From NCBI GenBank assembly GCA_012295275.1, contig CM022671.1, positions 4,588,001 through 4,652,000 on the forward strand: a stretch of DNA of 64,000 nucleotides, in the 5' to 3' direction. A program made the translations under genes and the position numbers. This document shows, piece after piece, positions 1 to 12,579 of this stretch. The first letter of the stretch is position 1; each line of letters opens with the position of its first letter. Under the pieces are notes generated by a model that had not been told where the DNA came from, did not search any database, and saw nothing but the letters and a program-made list of their open reading frames with translations. This DNA comes from Chrysomallon squamiferum (Eukaryota > Animalia > Mollusca).

Positions 1-488
1 TGGTGGAAATTAAAAACTATTTACGAACTGTAAATGGAGGAATTAATAACTATGAACTGTAATGGAGAAATTTGAACAACTTAAAAAATAAATGTGTGTT
101 TAAACAGATATATTTGTATTTGACAACCTTTATATATATACATATATTTCACAACCTTTGAATAATAACAATAAAATGTAAAGGCTATGTTGTTTTTTTA
201 CATAAAAAAATACAAGTATCAAAGATATAAATTATCAACATAAATAAAAACAGAAAAAGAAAAGTTTAAATTAAACAAAAAGAGATATAAAAAAAAAACT
301 GCAGTATAATTATTAGGAATGGATAAATAACAAAAGTTAATAATAATAATAACAATAATGATAATAATAATAATCAAAATATAACAAAAACAACATTTAA
401 CAATAACTAATAATATAACAATAATACAGTGTAATAATAACAATGACAATAATAATTTAAGAACAAAAATAAGGAATCTTAAATATTC

Positions 489-529
<41 letters not shown>

Positions 530-2176
530 ATATTTCTAAATTTGCATAGATTTACAAATTACACCTTTCCCTTAAAACTATAAATTTATAAAAATGTAAA
601 ATTTACATAACCCAAATGTGCATTAAAAAAAATAATAACAATAAACAAAAAATAAAATAAAATGTATTAATAATTTGCATAAATGTATTATAAGCAGTAA
701 CTTTTAAATGAATTTTCATACCTTAAATATTGTTAAAAACAAATAGTAAGAAAGTAAATTTATGAAATTATAAAATTTGAAACAAACTGAATTATACTCT
801 AAACCAGTTTTTCTTAAACTGGTGAATGGGTGACTAATGGTGAATGAAGTAAGAGGGTGAATTAACAAGTGACTGATATTTTATGACAAAATTTCAAAGC
901 CAAATGACCAAAAAATAATTTAAAAAGCACAGCACTTGAATTACATAAATTTACAATTAAAATGATAAAAATATTTCTATAAATTTATTGCAAGCCATAT
1001 ATTTTAGAAACTATGGATACAACAACATCTGTATAAAATAAAAATATCAGCTGAATATATAAAAATAGACTTTGAGACAAACTGCTACACCTTGAATTGT
1101 GTTACAGTTACAAGATGACTATCCTGAAAATGGCACAAGTCTGCCGGAACAAGAATATTTTCATCTACAGTTTATTAATCATGAAAATTAATGTTTGAAT
1201 TTGCAGACACAAATACCTTCTGTATCTAATCAACATTGAAAAAGTTAAAAAAAAAAAAAAAAAAAAATGTTGTGCAGTTTAAGTTAAAGCATGATACACA
1301 AAAGAGTCAAAATTTTTAAATTGAACAGTAAAAAATATTGTACTGGTATTGTACAACAGAAAACAAAATATTTCTGATTATACATTATCATTCTCTCTCT
1401 GTAGATATAAACATACTGATAAATATATAAAAGTATTTATGCACATACGTGCGCACACACACATATATATAAATATATATATTTAATAAATTTTGATTAA
1501 TGACAGTATCAAAAAATGGAATAAAACATCTTCATTTTACTTTCAATAGTGGAAAGTAACATTTTAAAAATTCATGTATCACAACACAATTATTTCACAA
1601 CAACTATTTCACAACCGACTGGTATAATATGAAGAGTTGGAAAAAGTTTTTCTTTCTCTCACACACCCACACACCTTCTCTCTCTCTGTTTATTGTTTTA
1701 TTGTTTGTCTGTCTGTCTAGATCTGTCTCTCTCACATTTACACACAGACCCCAAAACACATCACACAACACTCTGTCCTCTTTCTCACATATAAATATAA
1801 AATTCAGGTTAAAAATCATTATCAAAAATGTGATTTCTTTGACTGCTATCATCACTCTTTGCTGTTAATAAAGTACCATAACAAGATGTATTGAAACAAG
1901 AAACTGCAGTGAGTTCCCAATGTTACTCATGAACTCATAATGTTACATCTTACAGAAAAATATAAACTCTCCAAAATCACTCATAAACAAAAACTCCAAA
2001 ATAAATAAACAACAACAACAACAACAACAACAATAATCACCTTAAACTGACACATATGGAAAAGGAAGCTGCTTTGAACTCCATCTGCGCTTAAAAAACA
2101 ACAAAATAGTTATTAAAATAAACAATAAAAGAGAGACAAGTTTAACTAAATTAATTTAAATTAAACACTTGTTATT

Positions 2177-2302
2177 TCACTGGTACTGGAAATGTTTCAG
2201 TCTTTGTTTCGTGCTCTCTGCAGCTCTGTGATCTCCCAACTGTTTTTCACATTCCAACAGCCACACAAGAAACTGTTTTTCATTGGGCTTCAGATCAAAT
2301 CC
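2177..2302 (-). CDS. JMJD8-like/TPR gene, terminal coding exon (GFDLKPNEKQFLVWLLECEKQLGDHRAAESTKQRLKHFQYQ*)
   Basis: Acceptor ttttacag before 2302, phase 0 matching the previous exon. TGA at 2179-2177. Completes the third TPR and adds a capping helix. Confidence 0.88.
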   Translation of the reverse strand, partial: GFDLKPNEKQFLVWLLECEKQLGDHRAAESTKQRLKHFQYQ

Positions 2303-3234
2303 CTGTAAAATAAAACAACTAAAAAATAAATAAATAAATAAAACAACTAAAAATATATAGTAAAAATAATTAAAAACTTTTTTTTTTTAAATTAATAAAT
2401 AAATTAAAAAACAAATAAATGCCAATTTTCCTTTTTCATTTCTAAGATTAAAAACAATAAGAAAAATAGCAATTAATAAAAATGACACAAAGTTAATAAT
2501 TACTAATGCTAAATAAATAAAAAATAAGATAAAATAAAATAATAAAAATAAATAAAAATAAAAATTAATAAAAATAAAAATAAGTAAATAAATAAAACTG
2601 AATATTAATTTCAGTAATAATTATTTATCTTTATATGTATTTCACACAGACCTAAAGACTTACAAATACACACTGACATGTGTACTTACAATAAAACACT
2701 AAAACAAAGAAAAACATATTTAGAACACAAGCATGAACAGACACACACATACATATAATGTATACTACACAGTGTGTTCCAGAACATTTGTAATAATAAT
2801 AATAATAAATAATAATTTACATACACATGTACATGTATACACAGTAGATCTAATTTTACTATCTGCACCAAAAATCTACAACAAACAAATTTAATCAAAA
2901 AATTTGATTCAGCTACCAACTACTAATAAAAATATTGATATTACCAGCACATAAGTAACTAAATTATTCTTAACATCAATATTCTAGTATATTATCAACA
3001 TATTAGTAACAAAATTATTCTTTTTATCAATACACTGGTATCCAAAATGTTTGTTTAAATGATACCAAAAAAAAATAAAAAATAAAAAGGAAAACAAAAC
3101 AGAAAATCTATTCACCATAATTTCTCTTTTATTCTGGCCAAAAAATATCAAATATATTCCAAACCAATCGACGACATATTTTTCTTGTATTTTTTATTTT
3201 GTATTTAGAGATCTGATTTTATTAATAATTTTAC

Positions 3235-3375
3235 CTTCCTGAAGAGAGATGCAGCCTCTGAGAATCTGCTCTGTCTGAAGAGAAATGAACCATACTGAGC
3301 ATACACGTCCCACGCATTTCGATTCTGACGCATGGCAACCAGAAACATTTTCTCAGCATCTTCAATTTCTCCTCT
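3235..3375 (-). CDS. JMJD8-like/TPR gene exon (RGEIEDAEKMFLVAMRQNRNAWDVYAQYGSFLFRQSRFSEAASLFRK)
   Basis: ttcccag acceptor and AAG|gtaaaa donor, 141 nt, phase 0/0. TPR-like helical pattern. Confidence 0.9.
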
Positions 3376-3644
3376 CTGGGAAATAATAAAAAAAATAAAA
3401 AATAAAAAATAATGATTAGGTTTGTGCAAGCTGCGGGTGTATGTTTTATTTTATTATTATTTTTTATTGCTATATTGTTGTTATGTTAATATTGTTTGAC
3501 CATCTTCATCATCAGTATTATTTTACTTTTATTAATTTATTATTATTTCATTTATTATTATTATTATGATTGTTTTATTATTATAATTATTATTGCTTTA
3601 TTATTTATTTATTATCATTATCATCATGATCATTATTATTATTT

Positions 3645-3721
<77 letters not shown>

Positions 3722-4435
3722 CATTATTATTATTAGCTAACATTATGATATTAGATAAAAACAGAATGCATGGTCTTTATATGGGTCACATATTCTGGAT
3801 AAGGGATCCACAAGCTGTATTTTAAACTTTTAATATAATTATGCACACATATCATTATTATTATTATTATTTAAAAGGATTGGTTATCTGTGACTATCCT
3901 AGATATAATTTGCAGTAAGATTTTTTAACAGATGAAGTAAAATTCTTGTAATCCAAAGTGAAATTAATAGTTGCAGAATCCTAGTAAGGCAATGACCCTT
4001 AAAAAATCAATCAACCAGTTCAAATTTAGATAATTGTAATATTAGAGAAACTATGTAAGTAAGTAAACAAGTAAATAGGTAAATACATAAGTAAGTATGT
4101 AAGTTAGTAGATAAATAAGTAAGTAAATAAGTAAATAGGTAAATACATAAGTAAGTATGTAAATTAGTAGATAAATAAGTAAATAAGTAAAAAGTTAAAT
4201 AAGTGAATAAACAAATGAGTATGTAAGTAAGTAAGAAAGTAAATAAATAAATAAATAAATAAATAGGTAAATAAAAATAAAAATAAAAAGGTAAATAAAT
4301 AAATAAATAAAAAGGTCTATAAATAAATAAATAAATAAATAAAAAGCTAAATAAATATAAAAATAAATAAATAAATAAAAAGGTAAATAAATAAATAAAT
4401 AAATAAATAAACAGATAAATAAATAAGTAAATTAC

Positions 4436-4584
4436 CAGAGATAAAAAGTTAGCCAGGTTGATTCGTGCTACAAGAAACAAGGGGTCTCGTTCTAGCGCGC
4501 GTTCTGTGTAATAAATTCCTTCATCTGGTTGTTTCAAATGTTCAAACAGAACAGCACCCAAACGCATCTCCCATTCCGAGTTCT
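4436..4584 (-). CDS. JMJD8-like/TPR gene exon (NSEWEMRLGAVLFEHLKQPDEGIYYTERALERDPLFLVARINLANFLSL)
   Basis: ttacag acceptor and CTG|gtaatt donor, 149 nt, phase 1/0. Typical TPR motif (LG..L......A/G.....RAL..DP..A..NLA). Confidence 0.9.
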
Positions 4585-4589
4585 CTGTA

Positions 4590-4644
4590 ATAATAATCAT
4601 GATAATGATTATAACTGTTGTTGTTGTTGTTGTTACTATTATTA

Positions 4645-4690
<46 letters not shown>

Positions 4691-4867
4691 GATGATTATT
4701 ATTGTTGTTCTTTTTCTACTTCTTCTTCTTCTTATTATTATAGTTATTGCTATTGATATTGATATTGTCATTGTCATTATTATTGTTATTGTTGTTGTTT
4801 TGTTTATTATTAATATTATCATTCTTCTTCTTCTTCTTCTTCTTCTTATTATTATTATTATTATTAT

Positions 4868-4905
<38 letters not shown>

Positions 4906-5075
4906 CAATTATTACTGTTCTTCTTGTTACTGTTATTGTTATTATTATTACTACTACTACATCTCTATCACTACTACTTCTACTTTACTACTACTGCTAC
5001 TACTACAACTACTACTACTACTACTACTACTTTACTAGTACTACTGCTACTATTACTACTAATAATACCACTAAT
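4590..5075. repeat. Compound trinucleotide microsatellite (TTG/TTA/TTC/TAG/CTA) in a JmjC gene intron
   Basis: Direct inspection. Source of several spurious poly-I/L/T ORFs. Confidence 0.95.
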
Positions 5076-5844
5076 ACTTCTATTTAACATTCTATATGTA
5101 TATATTTTTGACAGAAAGAACTGTGTGTATCACACTATATTTGAGAAAATTGACAGTTTTCAGTGAAACTGTAACACACAATGTATATTTGATGTGACTG
5201 CAATAAAGGAGTGGTCTCATCTTGTAAGTTTGGTTATTTTATCATTTGTCTGTATACTAACTGCAGTTTGTGTTGTCCTTATAGTTATATATTTATCTTA
5301 GATATATATGTCTTCATTTATTTATTTCATACATTATTTATTTCTTTTATCTTATTTGATAAATTTTATTATTATTTTTATTTATTTATTTATTTATTTA
5401 TTTTTAGATATTCGTTTGTATTTTCAAATATTTTCTTAGTTCAGAGGTTTATTTATTGATTTATTTAGTAACTGTTCCATTTAAAATTAGGATTCTAATA
5501 AAATGATTAAAATGTAAAAAATGGCAATAATGATCAAATATAAATTTGACACTGAAAACCAACATGAAAACAAAGACTAACATGAAATATAAACACAGAT
5601 TCTCTTATGCATGTACATAAAAATGAACACATACACACAAGACATAAAGAGTATCTCTCTCTCTCTCTCTCTCTCGCTCTCTCACACATACTTACTTTCT
5701 CTCTTTCTCACATACACACACACACAAACTTAGATATAAATTCAAATACATACATACATACATACATACAGAAACACATAGACATGTATAGACACATAAA
5801 TACACACACATACACACAAAATGTAAAGAATATAAATTTAATAC

Positions 5845-5934
5845 CAGGTAAAAGCTGATGAAGTTTTTTGATGATTTCAAATCTTTTTTCTATCACACTT
5901 CTGTCTGTCTCACTCTGCTGACTTAGTTGGTTTT
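5845..5934 (-). CDS. JMJD8-like/TPR gene linker exon (NQLSQQSETDRSVIEKRFEIIKKLHQLLP)
   Basis: tttcag acceptor and G|gtatta donor, 90 nt, phase 1/1, bridging both neighbouring exons in frame. Confidence 0.85.
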
Positions 5935-6480
5935 CTGAAAAAAAAAAAATAAAATAAATAATTAATGAAAGAAAGAAAGAAAGAAAGAAACGAACTAAAA
6001 TCATTAATAAAAATAACAAATAAATATAAAGTTAAAAATTAAAAAAAAAAAAATAAATAAATAAATAAATAAATAAATAAAACAACTAAAAATACATAGT
6101 AAACATAATTAACAATGATTTAAAAAAATAAAAATAAAAATTAATAAATAAATGACAATTTTCCTTTTTAATTTCTAAGATAAAAACAATAATAAAAAAC
6201 AGCAATTAATAAAAACAACAACAATAATAAATTAATAATTACTGATGATGAAAAATAAATAAAATTCAGACTATTTTTGTTGAAACTTTACAGAAAAACA
6301 CATTACTATCACTACTACTACAAGTTCAGTCATTAATACTTCTACCACAACTATTACTACTACTATGACTATACCACTAACACTACAACTACCACTACTA
6401 CTACTAATAATAATAATGCTAAAAACAATAATAAACAAGCATTATAATAACAACCAAAGAAATGCTTTATTACTACAAAC

Positions 6481-6583
6481 CTTCGTACTGTAATTTCATC
6501 TCTGGCAGTGTGGCATCCTTTTTCTGAATTCCAATGGCAATTGTATCCCCAATGTTTATAGTACCATGATACATCCCTTCTGG
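6481..6583 (-). CDS. JmjC exon (PEGMYHGTINIGDTIAIGIQKKDATLPEMKLQYE)
   Basis: ttgtag acceptor and G|gtttgt donor, 103 nt, phase 0/1. Contains the JmjC P-x-G-x-x-H distal His motif. Confidence 0.9.
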
Positions 6584-6747
6584 CTACAATAAAGAGAAAT
6601 ATCAGTTGTATCCATCCATCCATCCATCCATCCATCCATCCATCCATACATACATAATACATACATACACACATACATACATACACACTCACACATATAC
6701 ATATGTACATACACACACACACACATACATACATACATGTGTGTATG

Positions 6748-6835
<88 letters not shown>

Positions 6836-6872
6836 CAGAGAGAGAGAGAGAGAGACTTCGTGAGACACTTAC

Positions 6873-6985
6873 AACATATATTATCTCCCCTGCCTGCTGC
6901 ACACACTCACTGGGTTTGAGGTGTTTGGAAAGTTCTGGGTAAACGTTTGTAAACCAGTCTAGCTGAGAGTAGCCTGGATTCACAC
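6873..6985 (-). CDS. JmjC exon (VNPGYSQLDWFTNVYPELSKHLKPSECVQQAGEIIYV)
   Basis: aatag acceptor and GTT|gtaagt donor, 113 nt, phase 1/0. ECxQxxGExIYVP JmjC signature, matching JMJD8 W..YP.L....P.EC...AGE..Y.P. Confidence 0.92.
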
Positions 6986-7161
6986 CTATTTAAACGTAGT
7001 TTACAGACATTTACACATATTTAGTACTTTGTGGTTGTAAACATAATGGTTGTGTTGTGTAGTTAATATATATATTTTTTTTCATTTAAGAAAAAAGAAG
7101 AAGAAAAGAAGAAAAGTTAATAATGTAATATATAAATCTGAGTGAGTGAGTGTGTGAGAGA

Positions 7162-7242
<81 letters not shown>

Positions 7243-7399
7243 GAAAACCAAAATCAAATTAATTAATTTTTAAGAAAACATATAAAATGATTCTGGTTTT
7301 TGCATCTATTTTTAAAAAAAAAATTAATTCCATTTAACTGTAAAATTTATAAATCCTTCAAATGTATATACAGATCTGTTAATCAAATAATCAAATTAC

Positions 7400-7541
7400 C
7401 ACCAGGTGGTGCTGTTTGCTGAGAATAGAGAAACCAGCGTTTGGCACCATAAATAACTCCATTCCAAGCCTCTGCATGATTGTGGAAAGACACCCCGCTT
7501 CCAGAACTTCCAAGGAAAAAAAAACTATCATCTTTATCTTC
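7400..7541 (-). CDS. JmjC exon (EDKDDSFFFLGSSGSGVSFHNHAEAWNGVIYGAKRWFLYSQQTAPPG)
   Basis: ttacag acceptor and G|gtaatt donor, 142 nt, phase 0/1. GSGVxFHxH...VIYGxKRWFLY is the JMJD8-family motif. This frame is absent from the ORF track. Confidence 0.93.
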
Positions 7542-8084
7542 CTGTAATACAATTTAAAAATATTTATTAGACTGAATGTTTCTTTCATATCCATTATCTA
7601 TTTTTTTATTTATTTATTTATTTACTTATAAGCTAATATTTCCTTGTTTTAAATCCATGCTGAATCAAAACTATACCTTAAAAAAAAAATTTTGTTTTAT
7701 ATTTATATATATATTATACTAATTTAATGTATCAAAATTTACTCATTTTTATTTTTTTATTTATTTATTTATTTATTGTTTCTGTCTTTAAATAAACAGT
7801 AAAACAAACAAAAATGGCTTAAAAGGAAAAAAAAAAATTCATATGTATATCAGTGATTTGATCCTAAGACTTTTCATTCCCTGTTATTCTACACCAAAAA
7901 ATTCTTTCTTCTTCTTCTTTAAAAAAAAAAAAATGGAATGCCTAAACAAATTCTTGAAAAAAAAACACAGAAGCACAAAACTAAATGTTCTATTTGTTCA
8001 GGTGTCTGTGTTTTAGAACTGTCTGTCTGTAATAGAAAGGTGTCTGCTTTTGACAGGTTTGCTAGTTACATTAACTCTACTCAC

Positions 8085-8163
8085 ATCAACTTGAAGATAC
8101 GTCGGCAGTCTTAAAGTTTCCAGAAGATTTGATGATTCAATGAATGCTCGATCAAACACATAG
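8085..8163 (-). CDS. JmjC exon (YVFDRAFIESSNLLETLRLPTYLQVD)
   Basis: ttttag acceptor and GAT|gtgagt donor, 79 nt, phase 2/0. YxFD motif of JMJD6/JMJD8-type proteins. Confidence 0.9.
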
Positions 8164-8912
8164 CTAAAACAGACAGTAACTGAATACATTCAATAACTTA
8201 TAATTTATAACACACAAACAGACACACACACACACACACACATCCATCCATCCATCCATCTGTCCATCTGTCTATCTGTCTATCTATGGAGATATATTTT
8301 AGCATTTATGATAGAGCTGTATTATTACACAGTAAAGATATTTATGACTTTAGGTTTAAAATGTAAAATAACAATTTTAATGTTATTCCTTCTTAATTTT
8401 TAATTTTTTAATTTTTTTATTTATTTATTTATTTAGCTCCCCCCTCTGCACACCACTGAATACAAGGAAATAGTAAGTTAATAAGAGAATAAGATTTAAT
8501 AAGTCTAAACATGTATTTCTTAATGTTTTATATACAGCTTATACAGATAATCTGCAGGATATTTTATATAATATTTCTAATAATTTTGTTCATGGTAAAT
8601 CATTTGATGATTATAACATGTCATCATTTCGGAAGCTCACAAAATGTCTCAGATTTCAGTATTTTGGACAAAGGATCCTGAACCTGTGTTATTTTTATTT
8701 CCCCTTAAAACCAACATTCATTTGTAAGTAAATATAAACAAACTGTATTTACAACATACAACTTCAACAAGAAATGGATAAAACAAGTATTTGAATACAT
8801 ATTTAAATGCTTTAGACAAATCTTTATCAAAATAATTCTGACAAATATATTTATCTACAAATCTTTATATTTTAATATAAAATAAATAAATAATATATAT
8901 ACACACACGCAA

Positions 8913-8943
<31 letters not shown>

Positions 8944-9136
8944 CACACACATATAAATAAAATAAAATAAATAAATACATAAGCAAATAAACAAATAAAA
9001 TAAAATAAAATAAATAAATAAATAAATTAAATAAATTAAATAAATTAAATAAATAAATAAATAAATAAATAAGCAAATAAATTAAATAAAATTAAACAAA
9101 CAAACAAACAAACAAAATATCTATCAGTAAACTTAC

Positions 9137-9618
9137 TAAGGTTCCCACAACTTTTCATTCTTCACCAGCTTGTCAACAAATTCACTGAAAGTCGTCTTCA
9201 AATAACCGTTCCCACTGTACTGCACTATCTCTCTCGACCTGCCCATTGAAACCGTCTGCTTTGCATAGTAACGTTTCAAAGTCTCAACTGACCACTGGTC
9301 AACATTTGTCCAGTCTCTCGCACCATTTCCAAACACAATTATCACCGGTTTTTTATTTCGATATTCCTTCTCAAACTTTTCGACCGTCATTTCATAGTGG
9401 AATATTCTGTCAACCGAACACAAACTGGTGTTGTATTTTTTCAGTGTATCCTCATTAGCTTGTTTCCATCCTCCATTACTAGATGAAGAAAAGTCTGTTA
9501 ATATTAGTGCCAGGAATGTAAAGAAATTGTTCCCATAAATAATGTTCTGTAGAAGAATTGCAGTTCCAATAAGGAACAGGAATGCTAGAACAAGGATTTT
9601 GTTGGAAGTGATGCCCAT
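9137..9618 (-). CDS. JMJD8-like protein: signal-anchor/TM helix plus cupin N-terminal region (MGITSNKILVLAFLFLIGTAILL...FEKEYRNKKPVII...)
   Basis: Hydrophobic helix, then CSVDR..MT...FEKEY..KKPVII and W....L...Y.....V cupin_8-type motifs. Donor TA|gtaagt at 9136 (phase 2) joins the next exon as TAC, so the ORF-track stop is not real. Total from ATG 9618 is 474 aa. Confidence 0.9.
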
Positions 9619-9762
9619 CTAACCAACAAATGGAATGTTTCGTATTAGTATTTTGACTAGTTTTGATTAATTTTTTATTGGCCTTGCCACATTTTTTGTT
9701 TTTCTTTGACTGTTTGGGTTCTTTGCTGTCTTGATGTTGTTTGGTTGTTACAGGTTCTTTAC

Positions 9763-10129
9763 CGTTTTGGGATTTTTTTTAGTAGTAATAGGTTTTTTGC
9801 TCTCTTTATGTTGTTTAGTTGTTTCAGTTTTTTTGTCGTTTTTACATTGTTTAGTATTGTTTTCAGTTAGTTTGGTAGTTGCAAGCCCATTGTTCTCTTC
9901 ATGTTGTTTAGTAGTGACATGTTCTTTTTTCTTCTTGGACTGTTTGGTAGTTATGGGTTGCTTGTTCTCAAACTGGTGTTTGATACTGTCAGACGATTCT
10001 GTGATTTCAGTGGGTTGTTTGGTTCTGACAGGTTCTTTGTGGTTCTGTCTGGTATTCTTTGACTGACTGTGGCCATCATTTGGACTTTTGTGTCTGTGCA
10101 TGGCTGTATTATAACATAACTTAACATGT
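9763..10129 (-). CDS. Probable N-terminal Lys/Thr/Gln-rich repeat region of the JmjC gene (12-aa KxPxTTKQxxxx units), or a uORF
   Basis: Acceptor tgtttcag before 10129. gccATG at 10101. Same frame as the 9618 ORF but separated from it by stops (see findings). Confidence 0.6.
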
Positions 10130-10235
10130 CTGAAACACAAAAATAGAAAAATATTTAGAAGAAAATAAATAATAATTGTTTAAAAAGATCACAATACATT
10201 TTAGCAATAACAATTACTTTTTCATGGATAATAAT

Positions 10236-10287
<52 letters not shown>

Positions 10288-10871
10288 TTGTTGATGATGA
10301 TGATGATGATGATGATGTTGATATGATGATAATGATATGATAATGATACTGATAATGATGATGATAATAATAATAACAATAATAATAATGATAATGATAA
10401 TAAAATAATGATAATGCTAATGACAATGATGATGATAATGATAACGATAATGATAATAATTATAATAATAATAATAATAATAATAATAAGTGTAAATAGA
10501 GAAAACATATCAAAATCATCCTATCAATAAATAGCAGGTAATCTTTTATATGCACCCTTTTATAGGTAAAACTGATATACAGTCTTTACAAAAAACAAAG
10601 AGCAGTAGTTAGAATGGGCAACTGCCAATTAGTCTTATTAAAAGAGTTGTTGTTGTAACTGTCCTTTAGCGAAACAACAGACTTACAGCATGTACTCATC
10701 ATTAAATAAATAAGTAAATAAATAAATAAATAAATAAATAAAAAATAAGTAAATAAATTAGTATATAATAAATAATAAATAAATAAGTAAATAAATAAAT
10801 AAAATAAATAAATAAGTAAATAAATAAATATATATGTAAATAACTAAATAAGTAAATATATATTAAACAAC

Positions 10872-10946
<75 letters not shown>

Positions 10947-10963
10947 ATTAATTAATTAATTAA

Positions 10964-10998
<35 letters not shown>

Positions 10999-11862
10999 GT
11001 GTATATTTCAAATATTTTTGACTGTAAAGTTAATAAAAGCTGGTTATCTCATATTTCAAAGAATTAAAATAAGTTTACTTTGCATTCTGTAACTTGGAAA
11101 TTCAGTGACTCCAACCAGTAAAACTAACAGTGAAATTCAACATGTTTGTTGTATCAACAGAAAATAAATTCCTCATTTTAGAACTGATAATTTTCTTTGC
11201 ATGCATAAACTCAATTACTTATTACTTTAAATAAAATAATAATACATTGAAATTTGACTTGTTTATTGCAGTAACTGAAAATAAATTTCTCACATTTTTA
11301 AACTGACATTATTTTTCTTTGGAGGTAAAACTCAAATATTTATTAATTTCAACAAAATAAAACCACTTACCATATATATATTCCAATGCTGACAAATATA
11401 AATGTTCATTTTACATTTTAAAGACTGGATATAGTTTTCTGTTCCATTTTAAACAATAGAATTCTGTTGTCTACATTTCCATAACTTTTTGTTTTTTTCC
11501 ATCATTTTTGTTGTGAAATTGCAAAATATTTTCAGAAAATCTCACATCTTGCATTCAAGAACTATTTTGAAAAATTAATAATCACATTCTGCAAGTAAAA
11601 ATAAACATAGATTTTTAAAAACAACAACAACAACAATATATAAACCCCAAAATATTTGAATTATTAAAAACAGGCTATTAAACTATAAATAAACAACATC
11701 ATCATCATGTTTAATGAAAGTAACAATAACAATTATTAATATTATTGTTCAAAATACACAATATCTAAAATTAAAATAAACTAACACAACTTACCTGACA
11801 ATGTATTGTATACAGAGTAAGTTTCAAACACCAGTAGGTGTTAATAAAGAGACATGACTCAC

Positions 11863-11966
11863 CTAGTAGTTAGATAATTTGTTTCCATGGCAATAGCAGG
11901 TCATCTGTCACACTTGACTTCTCGGGAGAAACATTTTTTCACGCATGATTATACAGAAGAAAAGTC
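11863..11966 (-). other. Candidate upstream exon of the JmjC gene (5' UTR plus possible start METNYLTT from ATG 11888)
   Basis: ttttag acceptor before 11966. gccATGg at 11888. AG|gtgagt donor (phase 2) splices in frame to the 10129 exon. An alternative CAG|gtaagt donor follows 11795. Confidence 0.5.
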
Positions 11967-12579
11967 CTAAAAGTATAACATGGTTTTTGTTTGTGAACCA
12001 AATCTGTACTTCTGAAAATCTGAATTATTAAAAATATAATAATAATTTAAAATAAAATAAAATAAAATAAAATAAAATAAAATAAAATAAAATAAAATAA
12101 AATAAATAAATAAATAAATAAATTAAAAGATAGATAGATACACAGAGATATAATAAATAAAACAACAATGATTATAATAATAAAAGTATACTTATGAAGC
12201 TTATACATTATATAGTTTATGGTATACAGTAGTAGTTCACAAAATTTAACCCCTAACTACCCCCCTCTGTGTCTCTCTCTCTCTATATATATATGGCTGT
12301 GTGTGTATGTTTGTGTATACATATATTAGTATGTATGTGTATATATATATCCATCTATCTATCTATCTATATATATATAATATAATATAAATATGTGTGT
12401 GTGTGTGTATGTGTGTTCCTTTTGAAATACATTTTATAAGCAGATAAACATACAGATAAAGATAGACTCATAAACTTTGATAATTAAATATTTGAATGAT
12501 AATTAACTAAATTTGTTTATTATATATTTTTTAATAATATTTTATTTACTTATTTATTTTTCAGAATTTATCAAAGGAA

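Noticed and set aside
9136-9138. Apparent TAG stop ending the 160-aa ORF
   Set aside because: It overlaps the donor TA|gtaagt. After splicing the codon is TAC, so this is not a pseudogene stop.
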